Assembly (NCBI GenBank): GCA_041159435.1
Contig: JBEAYH010000048.1
Coordinates: 1-58,665 of the forward strand
DNA: 58,665 bases
Reading direction: 5' to 3'
Source: Bacteroidota bacterium
GTDB lineage: Bacteria > Bacteroidota > Bacteroidia > Chitinophagales > Chitinophagaceae
Shown in pieces: positions 39,769 to 49,763 of the stretch (position 1 is its first letter; the number at the start of each line of letters is the position of its first letter). The translations under genes and the position numbers were made by a program. The notes beneath the pieces are model-generated. The model did not search any database. It was not told where the DNA came from and worked only from the letters and a program-made list of their open reading frames with translations.

Positions 39769-40776
39769 TCACTGCTTCGTTTTCTTTTTCTTTTCTGTTT
39801 TTGCAGGCGTCTCAGCTCTTGGAGAGGCTGTAGGTATTGGGAATCCGGTAATTTCTTTGGTTCCTTCTTCCAATTGATATTGAACAGATCGTTTTAGAAT
39901 AGCATCGTGCTGTATTTCAAATACAGCCTTTTTTTCTTTTGGCAGCTTGAGTGTGTATGGTGCAGATGAAACTTTTTCATTGAAAAGGGGATTCCATTTT
40001 TCAAAACGTTTCCATTCGATTTCAAGTTGGTCAGCAATCACCTCTCCAATATATCTTCCATTGATGGTTAAGCTGTCCAGTCCATTGAGTTCTTCCTTTG
40101 AAAGCACGGTGACGGATTCATTTGGCAATATCCCGGTTGTTTCGCTGCCCTTCCCCTCAAAAATATAATGCGTAGCAATGAATTTTTTTACATGGTTTCT
40201 CGATTCAGCAGGGAGGTCCTGTTGAATATCCCAGAAATTTTTTTTATCATTTCGCTTGATGATATTGTCTAGTCTTGCCGGTCCGCCGTTGTATGCCGCA
40301 ACCACCAACAACCAGTCGCCCAATTGCTCATAGAGGATGGATAGAAACCTGGCGGCTGCATGGGTACTTTTGCTCAGGTCGGTCCTGTCATCTCTTCCTT
40401 TGGCAACCGTCAATCCAAGATCTCTTGCAGTTCCCGGCATCAGCTGCCAGGGTCCAACGGCACCTGCAGAGGAGAGGGCAGTTGTTTTCAAATCAGATTC
40501 AATGACTGCCAAATATTTAAGAGAGGTTGGAAGGTGGTAACGTTTCAAAATATTTTCAATCGACAGAAAATAAGGGGCACCCCATGTTTTCATTTTGGTC
40601 AGGCGCTCTTTGTGAATTGCCAGGTAGTCTTTTACAAAGCCGATCGCTCTGGGATTCAGTTCATCCCAGGCAATCTCATTTTTGATGGTTGTATCTACAG
40701 CATTGCGTTCCGCTGCGATAGAGGGAAACTGCAGCAGTAGAGTCAACAACAATATGATCAGCTTTTTATTTAACAT
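39769..40776 (-). CDS. Lytic transglycosylase, SLT domain (MltD-like)
   Basis: Signal peptide; LAVIES, SSAGAVGPWQLMP.TA, AAYNGG and LP.E.R.HV.KF. Confidence 0.88.
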   Translation of the reverse strand: MLNKKLIILLLTLLLQFPSIAAERNAVDTTIKNEIAWDELNPRAIGFVKDYLAIHKERLTKMKTWGAPYFLSIENILKRYHLPTSLKYLAVIESDLKTTALSSAGAVGPWQLMPGTARDLGLTVAKGRDDRTDLSKSTHAAARFLSILYEQLGDWLLVVAAYNGGPARLDNIIKRNDKKNFWDIQQDLPAESRNHVKKFIATHYIFEGKGSETTGILPNESVTVLSKEELNGLDSLTINGRYIGEVIADQLEIEWKRFEKWNPLFNEKVSSAPYTLKLPKEKKAVFEIQHDAILKRSVQYQLEEGTKEITGFPIPTASPRAETPAKTEKKKKTKQ

Positions 40777-42208
40777 GTTGCAATTGATTCATGGTCTGGT
40801 TGGAGAATTGAAGCAAAGTTGTTTCCTTCATTTTGTCTGAAAGGATCTGTACTCCAAAAGGCATGCCATTGGAATGTTTGAACAAAGGCAAACTGATGGC
40901 AGCGATGCCCGCTAAATTGGCATAAACCGTATACAAGTCGCCAAGAAACATTTCTATTGCATCATTGGTTTTTTCTCCAAATTTAAAGGCAGTTGATGGC
41001 GTCGTTGGCATCAACAGCAAGTCGTATGATTTGAAAATTTCTTTCGTTTGGTCTGAGATGAGTCTTCTTACCTGTTGCGCCTTGGCATAGTATGCGTCGT
41101 AGTATCCGGTGCTTAAAACAAAGGTGCCGAGCATGATTCTTCTTTTCACTTCTTTTCCGAAGCCGGTTGACCTTGATTTTTTATAAAGATCTTGGAGGTT
41201 GTTGACTGCAGCATCCGTCCTGTAACCGAATCGCACACCGTCATAACGAGAGAGGTTGGAAGATGCTTCAGCTGTGGTGAGAATATAGTAGGCTGGTACA
41301 ATGAAATCTAGGTAATCAAAAGGTACTGCTTCAACGGTATGGCCTTTTGCACGCAGATCGGCAATCAATTGCTCAATCTTTGTTTTGATTTCATTGTCAA
41401 GTGATGGATGTTCAAGACATGCGGGGAAGTATGCAATTTTAAACGTTGCGTTTTGATTCAGTGATGCAACATAATCTGGTACAGGCAATGAACTGCATGT
41501 ACTGTCATACTCATCTGCTCCGCCAATTGTTTCCAGCACCAGTGCTGCGTCTTCAACGCTTTGTGCAAAGATTCCAATTTGATCAAATGAGGAAGCATAG
41601 GCGAGCAAACCATACCGTGAGATTCTTCCATAGCTGGGTTTGAGTCCGATGATACCACAAAAGTCAGCCGGTTGTCTGACGGAACCGCCTGTATCTGAAC
41701 CAAGACTTATCATGCATAAGTTGGCCTGAACTGCAACTGCAGAGCCTCCCGATGAGCCACCTGGAACGCGTGTTTCATCCAGTGCATTCAGGACCTTTCC
41801 GTGAACAGAGTGTTCATTGGAGGAGCCCATGGCGAATTCATCGCAGTTTAAATTTCCGATAATGATGGCATCTTCATCCAACAGTCTTTGTACTGCAGTG
41901 GCGTTGTAGATGGCGGTATAATTTTCCAAGATTTTTGATGCGGCACCCACATGGTGGTCTTTGTAGCACAATACATCTTTGATCCCAATTACTGCACCAA
42001 AGAGTTTACCCCAGCTGTCTGGTGTGCTTAATTTTTTATCAAGTGATTTTGCTCTTTCGAGTGCTTCATCTCCATACACTTCAATGAAAGCATTGAGGTG
42101 TTTTTTGTTGTCTATTTCTTTGAGGTAAGCAGATACAAGGTCTGTGCATGTAAGTTCTCCGCACGACAATTTGTTTCGGAGTTCCGATATTGAAGTATGA
42201 GTATACAA
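40766..42208 (-). CDS. gatA: Asp-tRNA(Asn)/Glu-tRNA(Gln) amidotransferase subunit A
   Basis: DEFAMGSS, PGGSSGGSA, GSDTGGSVRQPA, SSNLSRYDG.R.G and EVKRRIMLGT. Confidence 0.95.
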   Translation of the reverse strand: MYTHTSISELRNKLSCGELTCTDLVSAYLKEIDNKKHLNAFIEVYGDEALERAKSLDKKLSTPDSWGKLFGAVIGIKDVLCYKDHHVGAASKILENYTAIYNATAVQRLLDEDAIIIGNLNCDEFAMGSSNEHSVHGKVLNALDETRVPGGSSGGSAVAVQANLCMISLGSDTGGSVRQPADFCGIIGLKPSYGRISRYGLLAYASSFDQIGIFAQSVEDAALVLETIGGADEYDSTCSSLPVPDYVASLNQNATFKIAYFPACLEHPSLDNEIKTKIEQLIADLRAKGHTVEAVPFDYLDFIVPAYYILTTAEASSNLSRYDGVRFGYRTDAAVNNLQDLYKKSRSTGFGKEVKRRIMLGTFVLSTGYYDAYYAKAQQVRRLISDQTKEIFKSYDLLLMPTTPSTAFKFGEKTNDAIEMFLGDLYTVYANLAGIAAISLPLFKHSNGMPFGVQILSDKMKETTLLQFSNQTMNQLQHVK

Positions 42209-42225
42209 TCTTGTTGGAGGAGATA

Positions 42226-42441
42226 TTAATTCGCTTGCTGACCGTCTTTCTCTTTCATACCGTCCTCAATTTCCTTCTTCACATTTGACTTCGCATCGTT
42301 GAACTCTCTGATACCTTTTCCAAGTCCGCGCATGAATTCAGGTATTTTGCGACCACCGAAAAGAATCAGTACAGCCAGTATGATAAAAATCCACTCAGAA
42401 CCTCCGGGCATTGCTATCAAAAAATCGCTATGGAACATCAT
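42226..42441 (-). CDS. tatA: Twin-arginine translocase TatA/TatE
   Basis: E...I....LILFGGRKIPEFMRGLGKGIREF. TACATTTG promoter at 42465-42472. Confidence 0.92.
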   Translation of the reverse strand: MMFHSDFLIAMPGGSEWIFIILAVLILFGGRKIPEFMRGLGKGIREFNDAKSNVKKEIEDGMKEKDGQQAN

Positions 42442-42508
42442 AATCTTTTGTTTTTGATCAATAACAAATGTACTGTTTTTTTAAACTAATCTTTTCGAGG
42501 CATGGCAT

Positions 42509-42534
42509 AAAAAATCCCGCCGTTGGGCGGGATT
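42509..42534 (-). terminator. Intrinsic terminator after rplS
   Basis: Stem AATCCCGCC-(4 nt)-GGCGGGATT followed by a T-tract on the minus strand. Confidence 0.85.
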
Positions 42535-42556
42535 AACAGAATATTGTTTATTGGGA

Positions 42557-42910
42557 TTATTTGACTCTTTTCTCTTTGATTCTTGCACTCTTGCCGCTTC
42601 TGCTTCTCAGGAAGTACAACTTCGCTCTGCGCACCTTTCCGGTTTTGTTGAGAACAATTGACTCGATGTTCGGTGATGATACAGGGAAAGTTCTTTCAAC
42701 GCCCACACCGTCAGAAATCTTTCTTACAGTGAAGGTTGCAGTGCTGCCCTGGCCCTGACGCTTGATCACATCGCCCTTGAAGCTCTGGATCCTTTCTTTG
42801 TTTCCCTCAATGATCTTATAGTTAACTGTGATATTGTCACCTGCCTTAAAAGAAGGATGGTTTGCTTTTGGAGTCAACTGCTCATGTACAAACGCGATAG
42901 CTTGATTCAT
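42557..42910 (-). CDS. rplS: 50S ribosomal protein L19
   Basis: [34 protein letters not shown] and [10 protein letters not shown]. Own TAACTTTG promoter at 42929-42936. Confidence 0.97.
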   Translation of the reverse strand: MNQAIAFVHEQLTPKANHPSFKAGDNITVNYKIIEGNKERIQSFKGDVIKRQGQGSTATFTVRKISDGVGVERTFPVSSPNIESIVLNKTGKVRRAKLYFLRSRSGKSARIKEKRVK

Positions 42911-42966
42911 AACCAAAATTTTGGACGGCAAAGTTAAGGAAATAGGGTTTTATGGCAAAATCATGT

Positions 42967-44532
42967 TTATCTCGCTACGTTTACGGCTCTCTTTTCACGG
43001 ATCACCGTTACCCTGATCTGCCCAGGATAGGTCATCTCTGTCTGTATCTTCTGTGCCATTTCAAAGCTGAGTTTTTCGCTTTCTCCGTCTGTGACCTTGT
43101 CAGCTTCCACGATAACGCGGAGTTCCCTGCCCGCCTGAATAGCGTATGCCTTTTCTACACCATTGTAGGTCATGGCCAGGTTTTCTAGGTCCTTGATGCG
43201 CTGGATGTACTGCTGCATGATCTCGCGGCGGGCACCCGGACGCGCACCGCTGATGGCGTCGCAGGCCTGGATGATGGGAGAAATCACGTATTGCATTTCT
43301 GTCTCATCGTGGTGGGCCGCAATGGCATTGACAACAGCTGGATTTTCACCGTATTTTTCTGCCAGTTTACCACCGAGCAAAGCATGGCTGAGTTCAGTTT
43401 CTTCATCAGGTACTTTGCCAATATCGTGTAGCAGTCCCGCTCTTTTGGCCAGTTTTGGATTCATCCCCAGCTCAGCTGCCATGATTCCACAGAGGTTGGC
43501 AACTTCGCGGCTGTGCATGAGTAGGTTTTGTCCGTAAGATGACCTGAACCTCATTTTTCCAACAATGCGCACAAGCTCTTTGTGGAGTCCGTGAATGCCA
43601 AGTTCGATGATGGTTCTCTCTCCAATTTCTACTACCTGCTCTTCCAGTTGTTTTCTTGTCTTTTCAACAACCTCTTCAATGCGCGCAGGATGGATTCTTC
43701 CATCACTTACCAGTCGCTGAAGTGAGAGACGTGCAATTTCTCTTCTAAGTGGATCGAAGGATGATAAAATAATGGCTTCAGGCGTATCATCAACAACCAA
43801 GTCCACCCCAGTCGCGGCTTCAATGGCACGGATGTTTCTTCCCTCTCTTCCAATGATTTGTCCTTTGATCTCATCGCTTTCCAATTGGAATACAGTTACA
43901 GTATTTTCAATGGTTTGTTCAGCTGCAGTTCTTTGGATGCTCTGAATCACGATTTTTCTGGCCTCTTTGTTGGCCTTCTGGCGTGCTTCTTCAATGATTT
44001 CCTGTTGCAAAGAAAGTGCCCTGGTTTGAGCTTCTTGTTTGAGGCTTTCAATCAATTGAGTCTTGGCATCTTCAGCACTCAATCCTGCAATTTTTTCCAG
44101 TTTGCGGATATGCTCCTCCTGGTGTTTTTCAAGCTCAGTTCTTTTTTGGTTGACGACCTCAATCTGTCTGTTCAAATGCTCCTTAATGGAATCATTCTCC
44201 TTGACCTGTTTGTCAAGTTGCTCTGATTTTTGGTTGATGGATTGTTCTTTTTGTTTGATCCTGTTCTCCGCATCATTGATTTTGCGGTTTTTTTCCAGCA
44301 TCTCCTTGTCATGTTCAGCCTTCAGTTGAACAAACTTCTCCTTGGCTTCTAATAACCTTTCTTTTTTGAGATTTTCTGACTTTAAATTGGCATCTTCCAG
44401 TATTTGTGCCGCCTTTCTCTCTGCCTCTTCGATTTTTGCTTTTGAATTTTTACCAAAAATTCTACCCAAAAGGAGTCCTGCAATAATGGACACGATTCCC
44501 GTAATAATGGGTATAATGAGTTGCGATTCCAT
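42967..44532 (-). CDS. rny: Ribonuclease Y
   Basis: N-terminal TM, coiled coil, KH domain ([10 protein letters not shown]), HD domain (LLHDIGK), [13 protein letters not shown] and YPGQI.VTVIRE. TAACTTCG element at 44600-44607. Confidence 0.96.
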   Translation of the reverse strand: MESQLIIPIITGIVSIIAGLLLGRIFGKNSKAKIEEAERKAAQILEDANLKSENLKKERLLEAKEKFVQLKAEHDKEMLEKNRKINDAENRIKQKEQSINQKSEQLDKQVKENDSIKEHLNRQIEVVNQKRTELEKHQEEHIRKLEKIAGLSAEDAKTQLIESLKQEAQTRALSLQQEIIEEARQKANKEARKIVIQSIQRTAAEQTIENTVTVFQLESDEIKGQIIGREGRNIRAIEAATGVDLVVDDTPEAIILSSFDPLRREIARLSLQRLVSDGRIHPARIEEVVEKTRKQLEEQVVEIGERTIIELGIHGLHKELVRIVGKMRFRSSYGQNLLMHSREVANLCGIMAAELGMNPKLAKRAGLLHDIGKVPDEETELSHALLGGKLAEKYGENPAVVNAIAAHHDETEMQYVISPIIQACDAISGARPGARREIMQQYIQRIKDLENLAMTYNGVEKAYAIQAGRELRVIVEADKVTDGESEKLSFEMAQKIQTEMTYPGQIRVTVIREKRAVNVAR

Positions 44533-44609
44533 GAATAATTGTTTTTTGCTGTTTCATAATCAATCCCTTCGAAAAATATTTCATATGGGCAATAGCTTAC
44601 GAAGTTAGC

Positions 44610-44645
44610 AAAAAAAGCCCTAAAATCCGCGTTAAAAATAGGGCT
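44610..44645 (-). terminator. Probable terminator after zapA
   Basis: Minus strand AGCCCTA...TAGGGCT followed by TTTTTT; the loop is long (16 nt). Confidence 0.5.
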
Positions 44646-44934
44646 ATCTCAATTGCAGTGCTTTGTCAAGTAGCAATTCAAGTGATTGAAAATCAATATT
44701 TACTGATTGGTTGTTCGGGGCAGAAGGAGTAGAATTCTGTTCCGAAACAAAAGAGAGAAGGACCATGGCAAGATAGTCCTGCATGTCCTTTCCCGCATAT
44801 TGTGATTTGTAACTGGCAATCTGATCGTTCAGCTTTTTGGCCATTTTACGGACAGCCTCCTCTTCTGCTGCCTCAATCTTGATGCGATAGGTCCTGTCGC
44901 CAATGACTATATTTATGGGGATCAAATTTTGCAT
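44644..44934 (-). CDS. zapA: Cell division protein ZapA
   Basis: INIVIGDRTYRIKI...EEEAVRK...D.QDYLAM, immediately upstream of rny. Confidence 0.88.
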   Translation of the reverse strand: MQNLIPINIVIGDRTYRIKIEAAEEEAVRKMAKKLNDQIASYKSQYAGKDMQDYLAMVLLSFVSEQNSTPSAPNNQSVNIDFQSLELLLDKALQLR

Positions 44935-45025
44935 TTTATCAATATTTACTTAGGTTTATGCACATTTTGTTCACTATCCAAGGAAAGCCGACCACACTTT
45001 TAAAAACCGAACGACTGCTTGTCAC

Positions 45026-45280
45026 ATGTTTGCTAAAACCAAAACGCCGACTTTCATCGATAACCTCACCATTGAAGTGGATGACATTGTTCCGTCTCCG
45101 CTGCATGTAGTGTTGCTCAGTGAAGATGGTACAATCTGTTGTAAAACGCAAAAGTTAATTTCCACAGCAAGTACTTCTTTTTGTATCGAGGGACTCAGTG
45201 AACTTCCCTATGGTGTATACACATTGCAATGTATACAAGGCGATGAAATAGTGGAATGCAAGGCAGTGAAACGCGTTTAG
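45026..45280 (+). CDS. Small hypothetical protein resembling a stand-alone T9SS type-A C-terminal domain
   Basis: Only sense ORF filling the gap. Pattern P.F.DNLTI...V.L...DG...L.ELPYGVYTL....G.....K.VK at the extreme C-terminus. Confidence 0.6.
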   Translation: MFAKTKTPTFIDNLTIEVDDIVPSPLHVVLLSEDGTICCKTQKLISTASTSFCIEGLSELPYGVYTLQCIQGDEIVECKAVKRV

Positions 45281-45570
45281 TGCTGATCTCCCAACTGGGC
45301 AATACACTTGTCTATTTCCTTGATGTATTCGTTGATTTTTTTCTCCAACGCATTTCTGGATTCTTTGGATTCTTCTGACGCTGCGACTTTGAGCATGTTC
45401 AGTTGAAGGGTAATTTGATCATTCTTTTCTCTCAACAATTGTAGTTCTTCCGTGGAGTCATTCAAACTTTTTTTCAGGCGCTCATTTTCTTTCAACAATC
45501 CATTGTACCTCTCAATCAGCGTTGAAAGCTTGTCTTGTATCGTATTGATATGTTCTTGAGCAGTTGGCAT
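45277..45570 (-). CDS. ZapB-like coiled-coil protein
   Basis: Heptad repeats with a K.KI.EYIKEIDKCIAQL C-terminus; sits between pheT and zapA. Confidence 0.7.
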   Translation of the reverse strand: MPTAQEHINTIQDKLSTLIERYNGLLKENERLKKSLNDSTEELQLLREKNDQITLQLNMLKVAASEESKESRNALEKKINEYIKEIDKCIAQLGDQH

Positions 45571-47996
45571 TATTTTCTGATCTCTATCTGAAACTCTTTT
45601 TCCAGTTGTACTGTAATTTTCTTCATCATCTTTTCAACTTCCTCGTCCTTCATGGTCTTGGTTTCATCCATAAATGTAAAATTCATCGCCATGGATTGTT
45701 TGTCTTTTCCAAGTTTTTCACTTTTGAAAATATCGAACAACCTGAATCCTTTCAGTTGATGGATGGATAATGAAGATAATGCATTTTCAATTGCTCCATA
45801 GGTGAGCGCGTTGCTGGCAACGAATGACAAATCACGCTGAACGGATGGGAATTTTGAAATCTCTTTGTATTTGAGCAATTGTTTTTTGGACAATGCAAAC
45901 CAGCTGTTCCAATGGATGTCGGCATACCATACCGGGACTTTGATATCAAATTTTCGCAAAATTTGTTCTGTTGGTTTTCCTGCCCTTACAATGACATTTT
46001 CTCCAGATCGACCTTCCAGCAGGACATCAAATTTTTCATGCGAGATGGATTGATACTGAAGATTTTTTATGCCTGATTGATTTTCAAGTGCACTTAAAAT
46101 TCCTTTGATGAAATACAAGTCAGCTGCTGTCTCTTTGTTGTTCCAGGATGCTGACTGAATAACTCCTGTTGTGAATATTGCGAGGTGATCTTCTTCTGTA
46201 TAAGATTGATTGATGTAAGAATAGGTCTTGCCAAATTCAAACAATTTCAAATCATCATTTCTGTGGTTGATGTTTTTTGAGATGGTCTCCAGTCCGGTTT
46301 CCAACATGGTCAATCGCAACACATCAAGTTCTGAACTCAAGTTGTTGAGCATCTTGACGGCAATGTTTAATTCGTCCTGTGGGTAATATTTGCTGTTGGT
46401 GATCGAGTTGTTCAGCATTTCATTGAATCCCATGCCATTCAACAATGAGGAAATTTTTTCACGCAATGCAAAATCATTCGAAGGATTGGAAGTTGCTGGT
46501 GTAATGGTGATGCTAGAAGGGATCTCGATGTTGTCAAATCCATCGATGCGCATGATTTCTTCAACCAGGTCGGCCGGAATATGTACATCCGTTTTATGGG
46601 TGGGCACTTTCACGGTAATGAAATCATCTGCAGATGACATGCATTCAAATCCCATGTCAATCAAAATTCGTTGGATGGTTGCCGGCGAATAAGATTTACC
46701 ACTTAATTTTTTTACATACTCATATGTGAGTTTGATGACAGGTTGATCAACCGGTTCAGGGTACACATCAATAAAACCGCCACTGATTTTTCCGCCTGCA
46801 GTTTCCTTGATGAGTTCCGCAGCTTTTTTCAATACCTCAAGGGTCTGACCGATATCAACACTTTTTTCAAAATGCATGGCTGCATCTGTTCTGAGCTGAT
46901 GCCCGAATGATGTTTTGCGAATGCTGACTGGATTGAACCATGCGCTTTCAAGGAATATATTTTTTGTTGCAGCAGAAACACCTGAGTCAATGCCTCCAAA
47001 CACACCACCCATGCACATTGGGTTCTTTTCTCCATCACAAATCATCAGATCTGTCGCCAACAGTTTTCTCTCTTTCTCATCCAGGCTTTTAAACATGGTA
47101 CCTGCGGGCAGGTTCATGACATGAATTGTTGCACCTTTTATTTTATCTGCATCAAATGCATGCAGTGGCTGCCCTGTATCATGCAGCATATAATTTGTGA
47201 TGTCAACAATTCCATTGATTGGACGCTGACCAATGGCTTTTAATCTTTGCTGCATCCAATCAGGGGAGGATGAGATATTTACATCGGCAATGTATGCACC
47301 TGCATATCTTTTGCAATCTTCTGTGTTTTCAATTGTGACATTGACTGGACAGTTTTTGCTTTCGTCTGCTACTGCAGATTTCAAAGCAACGATGGGCTTC
47401 AAATTGGTTCCTTCGTGATGATTCAACCATGCACATATATCTCTTGCTACACCAAAATGACTCATCGCATCACTTCGGTTGGGTGTAAGTCCAATTGAAA
47501 TGACATGATCCTCATAGGCATTGAACAAAGTAGATACCTTGATGCCTACAGCTGTTGAAGTAGGTAGTATTTTAATTCCATTGTGGTCTGTTCCCAAACC
47601 AATTTCATCTTCAGCACAAATCATTCCTGCGCTTTCCACGCCTCTTATTTTTGCAGCCTTCATGGTGAGTGGATCACCAGCAGTTGGATAGATGGTAACA
47701 CCAACGGGCGCAACGATTACTTTTTGTCCTGCTGCCACATTTGGAGCACCACAAACGATTTGAAGCGGTTCGCCTGAACCTGTATCAACAGTTGTTACGG
47801 ATAATCTGTCTGCATTCGGGTGCTTTTCCACTTTCAATACCTCCCCGGTAATCAATCCAGCCAAGTTTCCTTTGATTTCTTGGTATTCCTCGTAGCCTTC
47901 TACTTCTAGTCCAATAGCATTCAGGATCAAATTCAGCTTTTCATGTGGAATGGGTTGCTGAAAATAATCCATCAACCATTTATAAGAAATTGTCAT
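45570..47996 (-). CDS. pheT: Phenylalanine--tRNA ligase beta subunit
   Basis: ISYKWL, HPNADRL, IVCGAPNV, TPNRSD, GQPLHAFD and FPSVQRDLS. TATCTTTG promoter at 48001-48008. Confidence 0.96.
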   Translation of the reverse strand: MTISYKWLMDYFQQPIPHEKLNLILNAIGLEVEGYEEYQEIKGNLAGLITGEVLKVEKHPNADRLSVTTVDTGSGEPLQIVCGAPNVAAGQKVIVAPVGVTIYPTAGDPLTMKAAKIRGVESAGMICAEDEIGLGTDHNGIKILPTSTAVGIKVSTLFNAYEDHVISIGLTPNRSDAMSHFGVARDICAWLNHHEGTNLKPIVALKSAVADESKNCPVNVTIENTEDCKRYAGAYIADVNISSSPDWMQQRLKAIGQRPINGIVDITNYMLHDTGQPLHAFDADKIKGATIHVMNLPAGTMFKSLDEKERKLLATDLMICDGEKNPMCMGGVFGGIDSGVSAATKNIFLESAWFNPVSIRKTSFGHQLRTDAAMHFEKSVDIGQTLEVLKKAAELIKETAGGKISGGFIDVYPEPVDQPVIKLTYEYVKKLSGKSYSPATIQRILIDMGFECMSSADDFITVKVPTHKTDVHIPADLVEEIMRIDGFDNIEIPSSITITPATSNPSNDFALREKISSLLNGMGFNEMLNNSITNSKYYPQDELNIAVKMLNNLSSELDVLRLTMLETGLETISKNINHRNDDLKLFEFGKTYSYINQSYTEEDHLAIFTTGVIQSASWNNKETAADLYFIKGILSALENQSGIKNLQYQSISHEKFDVLLEGRSGENVIVRAGKPTEQILRKFDIKVPVWYADIHWNSWFALSKKQLLKYKEISKFPSVQRDLSFVASNALTYGAIENALSSLSIHQLKGFRLFDIFKSEKLGKDKQSMAMNFTFMDETKTMKDEEVEKMMKKITVQLEKEFQIEIRK

Positions 47997-48186
47997 GCAG
48001 CAAAGATAAGGCAAGGCCTGAATTGTTAATAGCTGCTTGTTTTATGTCAATAACCACATGATTTCTGTGAAAACAAATGTGCATACCCTGTTACCAAGAA
48101 TTGTTTTTTTAAAATTCAGTCCCTTTAACCCCTGCGTCTTATATTCGCCATTGGGTGTCATTTTTAAAAATAGAGAAGCAGCGAAT

Positions 48187-49746
48187 ATGGATTCCACAAA
48201 TTTGAACAGGGACAGAAGGAACAGACGAAAAACCACAGGCGATTTCAATGCGCTGGCATACGGCAAGGTACCTCCGCAGTCGAGGGAGTTGGAGGAGGCA
48301 GTTTTGGGAGCCATCATGCTCGAAAGAGCTGCTTTTGATATTGTCATCAACATACTCAAGCCTGAATGTTTTTATGTGGAGGCGCATCAAACCATCTTCA
48401 GGGCAATTGTTCGATTGAATGCCGAGAGCAAACCAATTGATTTGCTCACAGTAGTAGAAGAGTTGAAAGCCATGGAGTCGCTGGAGCAGGTAGGCGGACC
48501 ATATTATATTTCAAAACTTACCAATGCAGTGGTGTCTGCTGCAAACATCGAAGCACATGCCAGAATTGTGCAGGAAAAATTCATCCAACGCGAACTCATC
48601 AGAATCAGCAGTGAAATCATCACCGATGCATACGATGATTCAACCGATGTATTTGACTTGTTGGACAGTGCAGAGCAAAAGCTTTTTGAAATTGCAAATG
48701 ATCAGCTGAAAAAAGAATTTGATACGCTGGGAAGAAGTGTGATGGATACACTGAACCGCATTGATGAAATGCGTGCAAGAAATGAGGACATCACAGGGGT
48801 GCCATCCGGATTTCCGACGCTTGATAAAACAACGTACGGTTGGCAGAAGTCTGACTTGATTATTCTTGCAGCAAGACCTTCTGTGGGTAAAACAGCATTC
48901 GCATTGAATTTGGCCCGCAATGCTGCCATGCATCCAACCAAGCCAACAGCAGTTGCTGTATTCAGTTTGGAGATGAGTACCAGTCAGTTGGTGCAAAGAA
49001 TTCTTTCTGCAGAAAGTGAAATATGGCTTGAGAAAATTTCACGCGGTAGAATGGAAGACCATGAAATGCAACAGTTGTATAAAAAAGGAATTGAACCTCT
49101 GACCAATTCCAAAATTTTTATCGATGATTCTGCTGCGTTGAACATATTTGAACTGCGCGCCAAATGCCGCAGACTAAAAAGTTTACACGATGTTGGATTG
49201 ATCATCATCGATTACCTCCAGTTGATGAGTGGTTCCAGTGAGAACAGAAATTCCAACAGGGAACAGGAGATCAGTACCATCTCCCGAAATCTAAAGCAAC
49301 TGGCAAAAGAATTGCAGGTGCCAATCATTGCACTGAGTCAGCTGAGCAGGGAAGTAGAAAAAAGAAAAGAAAACAACAAGATCCCTCAACTTTCTGATTT
49401 GCGTGAATCGGGTGCGATTGAACAGGATGCGGACATGGTTATGTTCTTGTACCGTCCTGATTATTATGACATCACCACCAATGACATGGGAGAAGATACC
49501 AAGGGAGATGTTTATGTTAAAATAGCCAAGCACAGAAATGGTTCTTTGGAAACAATCAAGCTCAAGGCAAAACTATACATCCAGAAATTTGAAGAGCAGG
49601 AAAGCATTGAGCCATTTGGAAAAGGGTTCCCTCAGGGTGGCAGCTGGCGGCCTGTATCAGATGATGAGGGTGCCAAACTTTTTATTCAAAAGGGCAGCAG
49701 GATGAATGGTGATGCCGATGCCGATCCAACGGATACGCCGTTCTAA
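48187..49746 (+). CDS. dnaB: Replicative DNA helicase
   Basis: PPQS.ELEEAVLGA, AARPSVGKT, FSLEM, IIDYLQLM, LSQLSR, DLRESGAIEQDAD and KHRNG. No intein. Start at MDSTN, below TATATTCG at 48140-48147. Confidence 0.96.
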   Translation: MDSTNLNRDRRNRRKTTGDFNALAYGKVPPQSRELEEAVLGAIMLERAAFDIVINILKPECFYVEAHQTIFRAIVRLNAESKPIDLLTVVEELKAMESLEQVGGPYYISKLTNAVVSAANIEAHARIVQEKFIQRELIRISSEIITDAYDDSTDVFDLLDSAEQKLFEIANDQLKKEFDTLGRSVMDTLNRIDEMRARNEDITGVPSGFPTLDKTTYGWQKSDLIILAARPSVGKTAFALNLARNAAMHPTKPTAVAVFSLEMSTSQLVQRILSAESEIWLEKISRGRMEDHEMQQLYKKGIEPLTNSKIFIDDSAALNIFELRAKCRRLKSLHDVGLIIIDYLQLMSGSSENRNSNREQEISTISRNLKQLAKELQVPIIALSQLSREVEKRKENNKIPQLSDLRESGAIEQDADMVMFLYRPDYYDITTNDMGEDTKGDVYVKIAKHRNGSLETIKLKAKLYIQKFEEQESIEPFGKGFPQGGSWRPVSDDEGAKLFIQKGSRMNGDADADPTDTPF

Positions 49747-49763
49747 TTTTCTGATTTTATCTC

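Noticed and set aside
44533-44643. 6S RNA downstream of zapA
   Set aside because: The gap is only 111 bp, shorter than a typical 6S RNA, and is explained by a terminator-like hairpin and the rny promoter.
48037-48186. Extended N-termini in the ORF track for dnaB (also pyrD, fadA, pheT, purQ, rplS, clpP2 and the ABC ATPase)
   Set aside because: The extensions cross promoter elements or neighbouring genes; family similarity begins at the downstream start codons.
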